A stretch of DNA of 62,586 bases, the filler included. It is 10 parts of 10 records of this genome, joined end to end, with 100 filler letters (N's around TTAATTAATTAA, not from the genome) between each part and the next. Parts side by side here need not be neighbours in the genome. Positions count along the whole stretch, not along the records: positions 30,548 to 36,197 come from SRR31147125_63289; positions 36,298 to 42,756 come from SRR31147125_63365; positions 42,857 to 50,023 come from SRR31147125_63390; 7 more parts are not named here. The stretch is one strand, 5' to 3'. This document shows, piece after piece, positions 33,450 through 46,000 of the stretch. A program made the position numbers and the translations under genes. The notes beneath the pieces were generated by a model. The model saw nothing but the letters and a program-made list of their open reading frames with translations. It had not been told where the DNA came from and did not search any database. Every line of letters begins with the position of its first letter. Position 1 is the first letter of the stretch.

Positions 33450-35459
33450 CTAAATTTTAAACTGATCAACCATTTGTTTTAACTGTTTCGCCAAATCTTT
33501 TAATTGAGAGACACTCCCATCGACCTGAAACGTTCGTTCTGAAATCTGTCGGCTATCTTGATTGATCTCATCAATGTCCCGGAAGATGTTATCGGTCAAA
33601 GCATGATTGTTTGCCACATTATCGTTCACATGCCCAATACCCTCGGCCGCCTGACTGATATTGGCCGAAATCTCACGGGTTGTCGTCGCTTGGGTCCGGG
33701 AGTCGGACAGGACCTCGGAAACCCCTTCATTGATCTTACCGATGATATCCGTAATTTCTTCTATCGTTTGAACGGTGTTGGATGTGGCCCTTTCAACACT
33801 GCCGATCTTCTCTTTGATCTCCATGGTGGCTTTGGAGGTTTGCAAGGCAAGCTCCTTGATCTCACCGGCAACAACGGCAAATCCCCGACCGGCAGCTCCC
33901 GCTCGTGCCGCCTCGATGGTTGCATTGAGAGCCAGCAAATTGGTCTGTTCTGAAATATCAGTGATCGTCTCCGTTACCGTACCGATCTGACTGACAATTT
34001 CACCGAGATGGTAAATTGTCGAAGAAGCAGTGTTTGCCTCGGCAACAGCACTTTCTGTCATCTGATGGGTATGTTGTGAGCTGACTGCAATCCCGTCAAT
34101 TTTTCCCGAAAGCTCTTCAGCCGATGCAGCAACCGTATTGACACTATTGAGCACTTGACTCATTGCACTGGAAATGCTTCCCATGCCTTGGGCCAACTCT
34201 CCTGATGCATTTGTGATCTTATTTTGCCGATCAAACATTCCTCTAATCCCAACTAAAATTTCACTGGAGGCTGCTGAGAGAGACAAAGAAGTTGTATTGA
34301 GAGTCTCCGAATTTTGAAAAATATCGCTAATCATTCCCTGAAGTTTTTCCATAAACCGGTTGAATGCACCGGCCAGCTCTCCAACTTCGTCACCGGATCG
34401 AATGTCGATACGACGGGTCAAATTGCCTTCGCCTTCAGCAATATCCTTCAGGCGATTGACCATCTGCTTCAGAGGTTTGGAAATGGTTTTCGGTAGCAAT
34501 ACAGTTAACAAAAGTCCCACAACAAGACAGACAACAAGGATTATCAAACTCATGCGATCCGTAAAGCGTTTGGTTTCCAGCATTCCCTGTTCAGCCTGTT
34601 TCTGAATGGTATCAGCATATTGTCGAATCTCGTTTCCAAACAGATTTATTCTTTTTGTCAACTCATCATTACGACTACAAAGCGAAGCAATGATTCCAAA
34701 GTTTGCCTTATTATATACATCAAACTGCAAATCAATATGTTGGAAGGCTGCGGTCAACTCAGCATTTTTCAACATTCCAAAGAGAAATTTCAAATCCTCT
34801 CGGTTACTTGACCACGCCTCGATTTTTTGATTAAAGCGTTCCACATACGTTTTGTCTTTATTCAGCATGAAAAGGGCTTCGTGAAGGCGCGCATCCTTTA
34901 CCTCCATGGCAATGGGCTCCAAACTTTTAAGGATTTCCCCCAATATCGGACTCACCTCATCCCCTGTCACAAGCGCCATGTTCTGCTCATCCAGAATCGG
35001 CTGTCGAATGCCATTGGTCATCGTGTTGAAAATCGTTTCAGAGGCTTTCTGCATCTTTGCTCTAAGTTCCGAGATCGTTGCCGTATTTTTAACGATTCTC
35101 TCAAATCCCTGCTGATATTCGGAGACAAGCCCCTCAATTATTTTGAGAAGCTCCAGAAAATCATCATTAGATACATTTTGCTTCATTGAGCGGATGCGCG
35201 TTTTCAACTCATCAGTCGCACGGTTAAGCAAATTGGCAGATTGTCCATCATTGGTGAGATAAAACGCCTTTTCATTATCGAGAGCGACATACATCTCCCG
35301 TACCAATTGGTTGGCACTGTTTGATAACAACATCATCTGGGAAATCTTTGCCATACCCACCATACCCAAGATTAATCCCACACTGAAAAGCACTAAAATC
35401 ACCATAAATCCGGAGGATATCTTGGTTTGAAATGACATTTTGATAAAATTTATTCTCAT
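33450..35459 (-). CDS. Methyl-accepting chemotaxis protein (helical periplasmic sensor, HAMP, MA domain)
   Basis: Two TM helices, HAMP (DEVGELA), [37 protein letters not shown]. Confidence 0.96.
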   Translation of the reverse strand: MRINFIKMSFQTKISSGFMVILVLFSVGLILGMVGMAKISQMMLLSNSANQLVREMYVALDNEKAFYLTNDGQSANLLNRATDELKTRIRSMKQNVSNDDFLELLKIIEGLVSEYQQGFERIVKNTATISELRAKMQKASETIFNTMTNGIRQPILDEQNMALVTGDEVSPILGEILKSLEPIAMEVKDARLHEALFMLNKDKTYVERFNQKIEAWSSNREDLKFLFGMLKNAELTAAFQHIDLQFDVYNKANFGIIASLCSRNDELTKRINLFGNEIRQYADTIQKQAEQGMLETKRFTDRMSLIILVVCLVVGLLLTVLLPKTISKPLKQMVNRLKDIAEGEGNLTRRIDIRSGDEVGELAGAFNRFMEKLQGMISDIFQNSETLNTTSLSLSAASSEILVGIRGMFDRQNKITNASGELAQGMGSISSAMSQVLNSVNTVAASAEELSGKIDGIAVSSQHTHQMTESAVAEANTASSTIYHLGEIVSQIGTVTETITDISEQTNLLALNATIEAARAGAAGRGFAVVAGEIKELALQTSKATMEIKEKIGSVERATSNTVQTIEEITDIIGKINEGVSEVLSDSRTQATTTREISANISQAAEGIGHVNDNVANNHALTDNIFRDIDEINQDSRQISERTFQVDGSVSQLKDLAKQLKQMVDQFKI

Positions 35460-35592
35460 TTAGCTGGCTCCAAAGCCCGTTATTAGTGATTTACCCTAAT
35501 AAAACGCCTCTATTGAAGAGTAAAGAGCAATCCCCTCACCAATAAAGGCGTTGATCTAAAGGCATCTATTAGCAAATCGTGACATCATAGGC

Positions 35593-36078
35593 TCACTTAT
35601 AGATTCCCGCTCCAACATAGACATTTTCATCGCCCATCATACACCCGCGAATATATGACTCTTTTGAGGAAAAACTTTTCTCTCCCGGCTTAGGCCAACG
35701 ATATGAAACCCACCCTTTTCCATTGTAGAAAGTCTTGCCATTAACGGTTGTCTTTCCGCTCTGGGCCATTTTGGTAAAATCTGCAAAAAATCGTTTTCCA
35801 GTATCGTCTTTAAGTCCAATCAAAACTTTCCCAATGATATGGGATTTCAGATGCATCAAATTTTTACCGCCCAAATCATTCACAAACAGATAATTCTCAC
35901 CGCAAAATCGTATTGCTCCCACCTTATCAAGTCCTGCCGCCCCTTGGGCTTCGAGAATTTCAACCGCCTGATTAACGGCTTTGACCACCTCGTCTTTGGA
36001 ACAGGTATCCCCGGCAAACAAGGGAGAAACCGTCAACACTATCGTCAATGTAACGAATACGGATACGAATTGCTTCAT
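35593..36078 (-). CDS. Secreted stand-alone single Cache domain protein
   Basis: Signal peptide; YLFVNDLGG..LMH, LKDDTGKRF, GWVSYRWPKPG...KESY. Confidence 0.85.
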   Translation of the reverse strand: MKQFVSVFVTLTIVLTVSPLFAGDTCSKDEVVKAVNQAVEILEAQGAAGLDKVGAIRFCGENYLFVNDLGGKNLMHLKSHIIGKVLIGLKDDTGKRFFADFTKMAQSGKTTVNGKTFYNGKGWVSYRWPKPGEKSFSSKESYIRGCMMGDENVYVGAGIYK

Positions 36079-36298
36079 CTTTCAGCTCCTTTCGGTCTCA
36101 CAAAATAGAAATAATCCCCACAAATCAATCTTTTGAATCAATTTCCAAATACGTCTTGCCTATATACAATAAATTCAGTAGGCAGCCAAGTTTTTAGNNN
36201 NNNNNNNNNNNNNNNNNNNNNNNNNNNNNNNNNNNNNNNNNTTAATTAATTAANNNNNNNNNNNNNNNNNNNNNNNNNNNNNNNNNNNNNNNNNNNNG

Positions 36299-36440
36299 GA
36301 GCTTGAACCAGAGCTTGAGCCAGAACCCGAATTGGAACCGGAAATCGAAGTAGATCCGGAACTTGAACCCGAACTTGAGCCTGAACCTGAGTTAGAGCCG
36401 GAAATCGAAGTAGATCCTGAACTTGAACCTGAACTGGATA
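36299..36440 (+). repeat. Coding tandem repeat, 60-bp unit (EPELEPEPELEPEIEVDPEL), more than two copies
   Basis: CCGGAAATCGAAGTAGATCC occurs twice 60 bp apart with synonymous variation around it. Confidence 0.85.
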
Positions 36441-37951
36441 CTTCAGAAGAAATTGATAATGAGACTATTTACACTCCTGCAAGAGGCGATATCGTCTTTA
36501 CTGAATTGATGCCTTTTCCTTTGGCACTTCCTCCAAATGAGGGACAGTGGCTCGAAATTTTCAACAGAACCTCCAAAACTCTCGACTTTAAGGGCTGTAC
36601 CTTTATTGCTAAAGACAATAATTCTCTAATAAACGAGCATGTAATTCTTGAGCCGAGCGGTTATGTCATTTTCGGTGTTGATAGAGATAACAGCTATCCC
36701 GATGATATTCCACTTGATTGGGTGTGGGGGGATTATAAGCTGGATATATCCAAAGACTCGCTAAAAATAGTTTGTGATAGCAGCATTATAGATGAAGTCG
36801 ATTATGCCGAAAATAACAACCATTTTTATGCACATTGGGGAGCCAGTTTTACTCTTTGTGCCGGAAATCAACATCCCGATCAAAACGACGACTATGCAAA
36901 TTTCAGAACTTCCTCTAACCAGATGGATAATGGTGATCGGGGAACTCCGAATAAAGCTAATGAAGCTTGTGATTTTTTAGATGGTGATATCGAACAGGTA
37001 GAGGGGATCGAAGGATCGGAAGCTTCGGATTTCGATACATCGGTTTGCGCTCCGGCAGGAACTGGTAGAGCTTTGCCTGATTGCGGGCATAACATCAGCC
37101 TGCCAAACAGTTCCGCTCATGAGGTTTGCAATATTGTGCCGTCTGGAGAATGCCATACATTCTGGATGGGAAATCTTGATACAAATTCCTATTACTATAG
37201 AAACGAAGAACTGCCCAGGCATAAAGTTCATCTGACAGAATATTCCATGTCCAGAAACATGGTGACTGTAAAGGATTATAAAAGCTGTATTGCCGCAGGT
37301 GAATGCACTCGCCCATATAATGGCAATTGTCTGGTTGAAGGATCTACACTCGAAGGTACTCCGAATATAGATGATGATACAAAGTTGCTGCATCCGATTA
37401 CATGCATTAATAAGTTTCAGGCGGCTGATTTTTGTCGTTGGGCTGGAGGAACGCTACCTTCCGAAGCTCAGTGGGAATATGCTGCCGGTGGCCCAATGTC
37501 AAATGAGAATGAGATTCGTAATTTTCCGTGGGGAGAAAGCAGGGATGAATGTCACACCAACATTTGGGGCAGTGATCCCTTTGAATCTACTTCTCCTGTA
37601 GGATTTTTTGATGGCGGTCTTAAAACAAGAGCTGAAGGTGGATGGATTTTCGGTCCCGATGTTTACCAGACTTGTGACGATCAGTCACCATTCGGCTTAC
37701 GCGATATGTCAGGCAATGCGACAGAGCTTGTGCTTGATTATGCCAGTTCGTATAGTTCATGGCCTGTAGAAAGTGTTGATCCTGTAATTATTGGTGAAGC
37801 AAAAGGTATGATGATACGAGGATCAAACGCTGTATTTCCTGAAATACACCACGCAAGAACTCACTCAAGAAATGCATGGTTCTGGATTTCAAGTACGATA
37901 GGGGGAGAAACTACAGGATTCAGATGTAAATTTTACCAGACGACTTTTTGA
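36299..37951 (+). CDS. Surface protein with Glu/Pro-rich linker, lamin-tail domain and FGE-sulfatase (SUMF1) domain; 5'-truncated
   Basis: GDIVFTELM...QWLEIFN...GTP (LTD-like); FWMG, LPSEAQWEYAA, SPFGLRDMSGNATE, GFRC (FGE). Confidence 0.82.
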   Translation, partial: ELEPELEPEPELEPEIEVDPELEPELEPEPELEPEIEVDPELEPELDTSEEIDNETIYTPARGDIVFTELMPFPLALPPNEGQWLEIFNRTSKTLDFKGCTFIAKDNNSLINEHVILEPSGYVIFGVDRDNSYPDDIPLDWVWGDYKLDISKDSLKIVCDSSIIDEVDYAENNNHFYAHWGASFTLCAGNQHPDQNDDYANFRTSSNQMDNGDRGTPNKANEACDFLDGDIEQVEGIEGSEASDFDTSVCAPAGTGRALPDCGHNISLPNSSAHEVCNIVPSGECHTFWMGNLDTNSYYYRNEELPRHKVHLTEYSMSRNMVTVKDYKSCIAAGECTRPYNGNCLVEGSTLEGTPNIDDDTKLLHPITCINKFQAADFCRWAGGTLPSEAQWEYAAGGPMSNENEIRNFPWGESRDECHTNIWGSDPFESTSPVGFFDGGLKTRAEGGWIFGPDVYQTCDDQSPFGLRDMSGNATELVLDYASSYSSWPVESVDPVIIGEAKGMMIRGSNAVFPEIHHARTHSRNAWFWISSTIGGETTGFRCKFYQTTF

Positions 37952-37970
37952 TTGTAGCCAAAAGCCTGAA

Positions 37971-40900
37971 TCAAAAAGAGTTGTCTATTTCTCTTCTAAA
38001 ATCTTCCAGTTCCTTGGTAATAGTTTTTAGAAGGTTTTGAGCTTTGATAGTGTCTCCATTTTTCGCGAAATACTCAATTTCTGTTGCTATAGAATGAATG
38101 GAAATTGCGCTTGTATTTGCGGCAGCACCCTTGATTGAATGTGCTAGTTGTTCAAGCATATCAGACTTTCCATTTTCGGCGCATCCCTTGGCTTCCGCTA
38201 TTTTTGTTGGAATATCATCAAGAAAAGAATCCACTACTACTTTTGCAAGGTTTTCATCACCCATGACTCTTTCCAGAAGAGTTGTCTTATCAAATAGTTT
38301 TATTGACCTGTTTTGCTTGCTGATTTTTTGCTCTGGTGTCTCTTCTTCAAATTTTAGCCATTTCTGAAGTATATCAAGAATGATTTTAGGAGATATCGGT
38401 TTGGCAATATGGTCATCCATTCCATATTGGAAGCATTTTTCCTTTTCCTCCTGAAGCACCCTTGCCGTCATGGCTACTATCGGGATATCGTGATTAAGGA
38501 CATTTGAGTCTTGCTCTCGTATCATCTGTGTTGCTTCAAATCCATCCATTTCAGGCATTTGGCAATCCATGAAAACAAGGTCGTAATGTATGGTTTCCAG
38601 AACTTTTATAGCTTCGATACCATTAGCAACTGTGTCACAACGAAACCCTAGTTTATCCAGAATTCCAACTGCCACCTTCTGGTTAACCATGTTGTCTTCT
38701 GCAATCAATATTTTGGTGTTTCTTCGCTTATCTTCAGCGATCGAATGCTTGGTGATAAAATCATTGGATATCTGATTTTCAGAATATTTTACTCCGTTAA
38801 CCAGTTTTGCAAGACATTCCTGAAGAACAGATTGTTTTATAGGTTTTGTTAAGTAACCGGCAAATCCCAGATTTTTCATTGTCTTGGCATCGCCGCGTTC
38901 ACCCATGGCTGTCATGGCTATCATTTTTGTACAGTTCGCAAAACTTGATTGGGCTATATCATGTTCGATATTTTCGATGTTGCCTTCTATCAAGCTTTTA
39001 TCAATTATTGCTACATCGAATGGGGTATTGTCATTTGTAGCTTGATCCATAATGTCAATTGCAGATCTATAATCCACAGTTTCCTCATAGTAACAGTTCC
39101 ATGCCTCCAGTAAAATGCTAATCCATCTTCTACTTGTAGAATTTTTATCAGCAATAAGAACTCTGTTTCCTTCAATGTTTTTACTTATTTGCTCATCAAA
39201 ATCAACTACTTCATCCTGTTTTTCAAGAGTTACGGTAAACCAGAAAGTAGAGCCTTCAGCAACAGTGCTTTCAACTCCGATTTGGCCTCCCATCATATCT
39301 ACCAGATGTTTTGAAATTGAAAGACCAAGACCTGTTCCTCCGTATTTTCTGGTAGTAGTTGCATCGGCTTGAGTGAAAGCATCGAAAAGGTTGTCCATAT
39401 TTCCTTTTGCAATACCGATACCGGTATCCTGAATGGTAACTTTAAGTATAATCTGTTTCTTAAGTTCTTCTACAACACTGATGTTAAGTATGACCTCACC
39501 ATCTTCTGTAAATTTAATGGCATTTCCAAGAAGATTGAGGATTACTTGCCTAAAGCGACCGGGATCGCCTTTTAGTAAAATTGGGACATCAGGATCAATT
39601 AAGCTTATGTATTCGATATTTTTTTCATGTGCCTTGATAGCCATAGTATCGTTTGTGTCATCAAGCATTTGACGAAGATTGAAGTTGAGAACTTCGATTC
39701 CCAGTTTGCCTGCTTCGATTTTTGAGAAATCAAGGATGTCATTGATGATTGTCATCAAATTGTTTGCACTTTTTTGCGATATTTCAAGGAATTCTCTTTG
39801 TTCATCCGACAGTTCGCTGTCCATCAGCAGACCTGTCATTCCGATAACTCCATTCATCGGTGTGCGGATTTCATGGCTCATATTCGCAAGGAATTCGCTT
39901 TTTGCTTTATTGGCAATTTCTGCTTGTCTTGCCAGAGTTCTTGCGTGGTCTGTTGTTTTTCTTAGCTGCGAGTTGATTTTTTCAATTTCTTTATTGTTTC
40001 TCAGAAGCTTTTTCTCGGCAAGTTCTCTTTCCAGGACCTCAAGCTTGAGAGTTGCGTTTAGTTTTTCTAGCGATGCGGTTCTATCGGAAACTATTTCTTC
40101 CAGATGATTTCTGTATTTAAAAAGTTCTTTTTCTGATTTTTTCTGATTTGTAACATCTCTGACAACAGTGATGATTTTTGTTACTTCACCATCTTCGATT
40201 ACGGGAGTCTTTTTTACTTCAGTACTTACTTCCATGCCATTTATAACATGTGTTTCTGCTGTTGACATTGACCGCTTATTTTTTATAACATCCCAGTATT
40301 CATCAATAATGGAATCGCTAAGAAAAGGAAAAACATCCAGTAGTCTTGGGTTTTCCGATGCCTGAGATACAAAAAAGTTATCCCACCATTTGTTTTTGGA
40401 TGAGTTGAAAAATTGTATTTCAAAATTACTGTTTACTACGAAAACCAAATCTTCCATTGAGTCAATTGTTGTTTTGTAGAGGTTCTCGGAGCTTTCGATA
40501 AACTGTCTTTCAATCTCGCACAGATTGTTTTTATTCCAATTGGCAACAGAATTGAAAACAGCATGTTGAAGTTCAATATCTTGTACAGGTTTTCTGATAA
40601 GAGTCAGTTGACTTGGCTTAACATCAGTTTCATTGATATCGGCAAGAGAGAAATCTGCTTTCGATGAGCAAATGATAAGTTCTGTTGATGGGGAACTATC
40701 GAGAATTTGCTCTATTGTTTCAATTTCTTTCGCCTCTGGAGTCAGATCCAAATTCAAAACAACAACAGCAAAAGGAGAATTCAGTTCTGCTGATTTTTGT
40801 AACTCTGCATTGGTTTTATCAAGGTTGGAAGTTGACACAATATCCAAGGTTCTATTTAGAACGATTTCATCTTTATTTTCTGCCAGTTTGATCAAATACG

Positions 40901-41006
40901 GATCAATGGAATTTTCAAGCAGAATTTTTTTGTAGTCATCATGATTGTTTTTATCGGGGTCTGCAATCAGAATTTTCAGGTTTGGCCTGATATCAGAGTT
41001 CAACAT
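37971..41006 (-). CDS. Hybrid sensor kinase (pseudo-REC, PAS, HisKA/HATPase, REC, REC, Hpt)
   Basis: [43 protein letters not shown]. Confidence 0.93.
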   Translation of the reverse strand: MLNSDIRPNLKILIADPDKNNHDDYKKILLENSIDPYLIKLAENKDEIVLNRTLDIVSTSNLDKTNAELQKSAELNSPFAVVVLNLDLTPEAKEIETIEQILDSSPSTELIICSSKADFSLADINETDVKPSQLTLIRKPVQDIELQHAVFNSVANWNKNNLCEIERQFIESSENLYKTTIDSMEDLVFVVNSNFEIQFFNSSKNKWWDNFFVSQASENPRLLDVFPFLSDSIIDEYWDVIKNKRSMSTAETHVINGMEVSTEVKKTPVIEDGEVTKIITVVRDVTNQKKSEKELFKYRNHLEEIVSDRTASLEKLNATLKLEVLERELAEKKLLRNNKEIEKINSQLRKTTDHARTLARQAEIANKAKSEFLANMSHEIRTPMNGVIGMTGLLMDSELSDEQREFLEISQKSANNLMTIINDILDFSKIEAGKLGIEVLNFNLRQMLDDTNDTMAIKAHEKNIEYISLIDPDVPILLKGDPGRFRQVILNLLGNAIKFTEDGEVILNISVVEELKKQIILKVTIQDTGIGIAKGNMDNLFDAFTQADATTTRKYGGTGLGLSISKHLVDMMGGQIGVESTVAEGSTFWFTVTLEKQDEVVDFDEQISKNIEGNRVLIADKNSTSRRWISILLEAWNCYYEETVDYRSAIDIMDQATNDNTPFDVAIIDKSLIEGNIENIEHDIAQSSFANCTKMIAMTAMGERGDAKTMKNLGFAGYLTKPIKQSVLQECLAKLVNGVKYSENQISNDFITKHSIAEDKRRNTKILIAEDNMVNQKVAVGILDKLGFRCDTVANGIEAIKVLETIHYDLVFMDCQMPEMDGFEATQMIREQDSNVLNHDIPIVAMTARVLQEEKEKCFQYGMDDHIAKPISPKIILDILQKWLKFEEETPEQKISKQNRSIKLFDKTTLLERVMGDENLAKVVVDSFLDDIPTKIAEAKGCAENGKSDMLEQLAHSIKGAAANTSAISIHSIATEIEYFAKNGDTIKAQNLLKTITKELEDFRREIDNSF

Positions 41007-41140
41007 AATATAGAAATTCCTGTAATTAAAAAAAATACTTTCCTGTTACACAAACCAAGAAATAGTTTATAAATGCAATTTACGTTTAACTTGAATAAAG
41101 TTGATGCGAATAATCCGTTACTTTTAATAGATATTTATAA

Positions 41141-41746
41141 TCAATTCCAGAAGAACCATTTTTCTTCCAAACCGGCGCAAGAAGTACAATAGATATTTCC
41201 ATTACTGTTCCATATCTCTCTTCTTGGAACCAAAGCATTACATTTTCTGCAATTAATCATTACTTCTGCATTGTCTGCGTTGAAATGAATTTTTCTGTTT
41301 CTATGTTTTGCAATTTTACAGAAACTTCCAATTGGTTCATTGATAATAGTTTTTATTAAGTTGTCTACTGCTGATTTATAAGCAGCGAGAATTACAGGGC
41401 TTTTGGACTTTATTTCCTTTTCGAGTGCTCTTATGTTTGGCTGGAGCTGTGTTAGTTCCGGAACAACGGTAATCATCAAAGTTGTACCATCAACCGGAGA
41501 GTAGAATATATAATCCCACGATTTTTCTTCATTACTGATTGTAACGTTATTTTCAAGACCGGTATCTTTTATAAAATAGTTTAAGGCTAGAATGGAGTCA
41601 TCTTTTTTCCTGGCAGCGATTCTGATATTATCAAGACCATTGAATACGCCAGCCGCGTAAGATCCGACTCTCCATCCGATTGAGAGTTCAGGACTAAGAT
41701 GTCCGGTATTTGATGCGATTAGTTGTAGCTCAGCGGGAATAATCAT
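41141..41746 (-). CDS. FmdE-like protein with C-terminal Zn finger, degenerate metal site
   Basis: TGHLSPELSIGWRVG resembles FmdE HGHxCPGxxxGxR; CRKC...CTSC. Confidence 0.6.
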   Translation of the reverse strand: MIIPAELQLIASNTGHLSPELSIGWRVGSYAAGVFNGLDNIRIAARKKDDSILALNYFIKDTGLENNVTISNEEKSWDYIFYSPVDGTTLMITVVPELTQLQPNIRALEKEIKSKSPVILAAYKSAVDNLIKTIINEPIGSFCKIAKHRNRKIHFNADNAEVMINCRKCNALVPRREIWNSNGNIYCTSCAGLEEKWFFWN

Positions 41747-42579
41747 AATTACTAAATAATATTTGTCTTTGCTCTTTTTCGGTAAAGTTTTCTACATAAT
41801 AGTAAAAAACAATTTGCACACTATTAATATAATAAATTTTTAACTCAAAGTCAATGATACTTGCAAGAATGTTAGTCTGTAATTTTATTTTCAGTATTGA
41901 AAAAAGAATAAAAATACACCGCTTCCAATGCATAATAATTGCTCGTTCTTTACCATGAAAAATTATGTCAAAGTCATCAATTTTCAGTCCGAAAAACTTA
42001 CACCAGTGTCAAAAAAAAAAACGGACAGGAATCTTGCTCCTTTTATAGGTCATTTTTATGTACATCTTTATCATTTTCTGTGTAATCAATGCTCCTTTAC
42101 AGAGTTGTTTATGTCACTAGTAGGTCATGAATTTTCACTTGAAATCATGCTTGGAAAAATAAGAAAAATGAGAAAAGCATAAATAAAACAATAGGTTAAG
42201 AGGTAAAAGACCTCAAAGAAATGAAGGCCGAAACTCCATTGTAGAGATGGTGACAAGAGAAAACAGCCGGAAAGGCGGTTTTTTTGTGGCAAAGTGCGGA
42301 AAAAGTACACACTTTTAAGAATTTCCGAAGTTTAAAAATCGATTTTAAGTTGCGATTTAGTTTTAAAATTAGCTGGCAAAAAAGCAGGGAATAAAAAGTG
42401 ATTCTCGATAGTTAGAGATAATAAACAGTCTTGCAACATATATAGGAGCATATTAAATTGACAGTTTCTTTACTTTTTATATGCTACTCCATATAATACG
42501 CCACTTGGAAATTATTTTGTGGTTCAAACCTTTAAATAATCGAGTGTTTACAAATTCCATTTCAGAAAAAGGAATTACC

Positions 42580-42756
42580 TTGGGCAAACCGATCAAAAAA
42601 CTTCAAAGGCAGGCAAAGTACATTGTTAAAGAGGCTCGAAGAATCCTGAAAAGGTGGCACAATAAATTGCCTCACGAAGAATTGCAGCCATTGGCGGAAG
42701 TTTTGGGAAAGTATCAATCGGCAATTGACCAGGAAGACGAAATTCTGCTTGAAAAA
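42580..42756 (+). CDS. Hypothetical protein, 5' fragment
   Basis: AAGGA RBS then TTG GGC AAA...; open to contig end; helical and charged. Confidence 0.5.
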
Positions 42757-42856
42757 NNNNNNNNNNNNNNNNNNNNNNNNNNNNNNNNNNNNNNNNNNNN
42801 TTAATTAATTAANNNNNNNNNNNNNNNNNNNNNNNNNNNNNNNNNNNNNNNNNNNN

Positions 42857-43024
42857 GATTGTTGCCTTACTTATCGAAGGCGGTGAGCGGCTTTATGATC
42901 TTCAACAATTTTTAAACGATCAAACTGTTTGTGAACTATTTGATGTTGCTTCCATTCCCAAAGAACAAAAATATCTAAATATTAACTGTTTTTTATGACC
43001 CGAAATTTTAACACAGAATCTGGG
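42857..43024 (+). mobile_element. Possible IS1380-family remnant (transposase fragment plus right end)
   Basis: Frame reads IVALLIEGGERLYDLQQFLNDQTVCELFDVASIP then stops; segment ends CAGAATCTGGG, resembling a CCCAGATT terminal repeat. Confidence 0.4.
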
Positions 43025-43089
43025 TAGAATAAGATTAAATTTTAAAAACTTGGAAAGGTTAATTTTTTATTAAAATATTAATATATTTT

Positions 43090-46000
43090 CTAGGATTTAT
43101 ATTCGCTAAAATATTCATTAAATTGTTCAATTGTTATTTCTGAGTTATGTTTTTCAATAATTTCAATCAATTTTAACATAAATTGCTTATAGTTTTTATC
43201 CATTGATTTTGCTGAAATAAAATGTTTAGTACCAGAATAATTCCATTCACCCTTAATATCTTTAAAATTTGTATTATAATAACTAATAAATTCATTTAAT
43301 GTTGAATGTGCATCCTTTATCTTATTTTGAAATAAAAGGGCACATATCATAAAATATCGCATGGCGATCTGTTCATCTATGGTTGGCTGATGAAGAGAAT
43401 CAGCTTCATTTAGAACTTCACTAGCAATATCATAAGCTTGCAGGAATCTACCAGATGCTAATGTAACTTCAACAAAGTTTACCTTCATATCTTTAATTGG
43501 AAGTAATTCCATAGCTTGATTAAACTTGTCATATGCTGCCTCTAATTCGAATAATTTATCATAGTAAATAGCACCTAACAAATTAAGAGCAACTAGGTTA
43601 GAGCCAACATCTTTCTCTGTCACCTGCTTTAATGCTTGGAGAGCATTCTCATAATCGCCCATATCATAATGCGTTAGTCCTAATACTAAAAATCCATTGT
43701 CGTAATCTGGTCTTATGTTCAAAGCTTTCCTAACGAATAGAATGGCATTTTCATAATCTTTTTTCAGTCGGTAGCAGTCTGCTAATTCAGTGTAGGAAAC
43801 CACATTTTGCTGCATTTCAACAGCCTTATTTAAGTGGGTGATTGCTGTTTCGTACTTACCGGCTATCTTATAACTCATTCCTAAAATTCGGTAAGCTGTA
43901 CCATGTTCTGGATACAGATCTATGGCTTTTTCTAATTGAGTTATAGCTTCTTGTTCTTGACCTTGATGAAAGTGCTTATCTGCCTTTGCAACAAGAGTGT
44001 AAGCTGCCAAACGGCTTGCATCTGTGTATGGGGCAAGGTTTAAGTTGGGATTTATCATTTGTGCTCGTAGAAAATAATCAGAAGCCGTATCCACTTCACC
44101 TGAACGTGCGTGCTCTCTCCCTTTTTTAATCAAACCGCTGGCAACTTGCTTTATTAATTCATACTCGGGCTCAATATTCATATTGGGATCAATTTCTTTT
44201 GCAGCAAAAAATGCTTTCAATGCAGATTCAAAATCCTCCTCAGTTTCAGCTTCTTGTGCAAATTTTCTACCTACTTGATAGAAATTAGAGGCCATCCATT
44301 CTCGTGCTTCTGCATAAAAATCAAGGTTTAAAGTAGAATCAATATCTAATGCGCGACGAAAAGTTTCTGTAGCAGCTTCTAACTTTAAATTTAGTGCCAA
44401 TTCCTTACCTTCAGCAATTAGACCTAACGCTGTCTGTGGACACTCTTCCATATGAAGAAATTTCTGACACTCATCTAGATTCAACGGTCGTGTAACACGT
44501 TTTCGCGCTAGCATTATTAGGTCTTCGATGTTCAACACATAAATGTGCATTGAATTGTCTGCACTAGCAGATGCAAGATACCTTCCATCAGGACTGACGG
44601 CTACCCCTAAAACAGCATTGGTATGCCCGGTGTAGGTGTTAATCTCTTGACCGGTGGCTACATCCCATACTTTAACGGTCTTATCCGAACTAACCGTGGC
44701 CAGGCTCTTACCATCAGGACTGAAATCAATGTCCATAACCGAATCATTGTGGCCAATAAGGGTGCGCAACTTTTTGCCCGAAATGGCATCCCACAATATT
44801 GTCGTTTTCAGCTTACTACCAGTGGCTAACAGCGTTCCATCAGGACTAAAGGACACACAAAGCACAGTGATCATGTCTCCGGAGAGGGTGTTCAGTTCTT
44901 GACCTGTGACTGCGTCCCATATTTTTGCGGTATGATCTCTGCTGGCTGTTGCCAGAAGCATTCCGTCGGAACTAAAAGCGACATCATAGACTTCATGGGT
45001 GTGCCCATAGAGAGTATACAGTTCTTGGCCGGAGACCGTGCTCCAAATTCGCGCTGTGCTATCATTGCTTGCTGTTGCTATTTTCTTTCCATCTGGGCTG
45101 TAGGCAATGGCCTCAATCTCTTCAGAATGACCAGTTAGGGATAACAATTTTTCGCCAGATAAAGCGTCCCAAATCTTAACTGAGCCATCTATGCACGCTG
45201 TTGCCAATCTTAACCCGTCTGGGCTAAAGGCGGCATCTTCAAGTCCCCTGGTGTGACCGGCGAGAGTAAGCACCTCTTTGCCAGTAGCGATGTTCCACAC
45301 CTTTGCAGTGCGATCACTGCTGGAAGAGATCACGCGCTTGCCGTCCGGACTAAATGACACAGACTCCACATCTCCTTCGTGACCGGTTAAAATAAGCACC
45401 TCCTCTCCTGTGATAGTTGTCCATATTTTTGCTGTCCCATCAGCGCCGGCGGTAGCGAGATTCCTCCCATCAGGACTGAAATCAACAGCCCGCATAAATC
45501 CAAATTTCCCAGAAAAACTTGACAAGGTAAATAGCTCATCACCGGACATTACATCCCAAACTTTTGCTGTCCCATCAAAACTGGCACTTGCTATCCATCT
45601 CCCATCCGGACTGAAGGTTAGGTCAGTCACCGTATTTGTATGGCCAGAAATTGTTCTGACAGACCTGTGGGACTCGACATTCCAAATTCTTATATTACTT
45701 GTTCGGTAATAGGCCATAGCAAGGAGATTCCCATCCGGGCTGAAAGCAACGGAGCTTATCTCGTGGGATTGACGGGGAAGTATGAACAGCTCTTGGCCAG
45801 TTGCGACGTCCCATATTCTTGCTGTCTTATCACTGCTTCCTGTGGCAAGTTGCCTCCCATCCGGGCTGAAAGTGACATCATGTATACTACCAGCATGGCC
45901 GTGCAATGTTCGTACATCCTCGCCCGAAGTGACGTTCCACATTTTTGCTGTGCCATCATCGCTCGCAGTTGCCATAAGTGTCCCATCCGGGCTGAAGGTT

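Noticed and set aside
42481-42756. Fragment as the N-terminal extension of a signal peptidase I
   Set aside because: Only a vague recollected resemblance; no catalytic motif before the contig ends.
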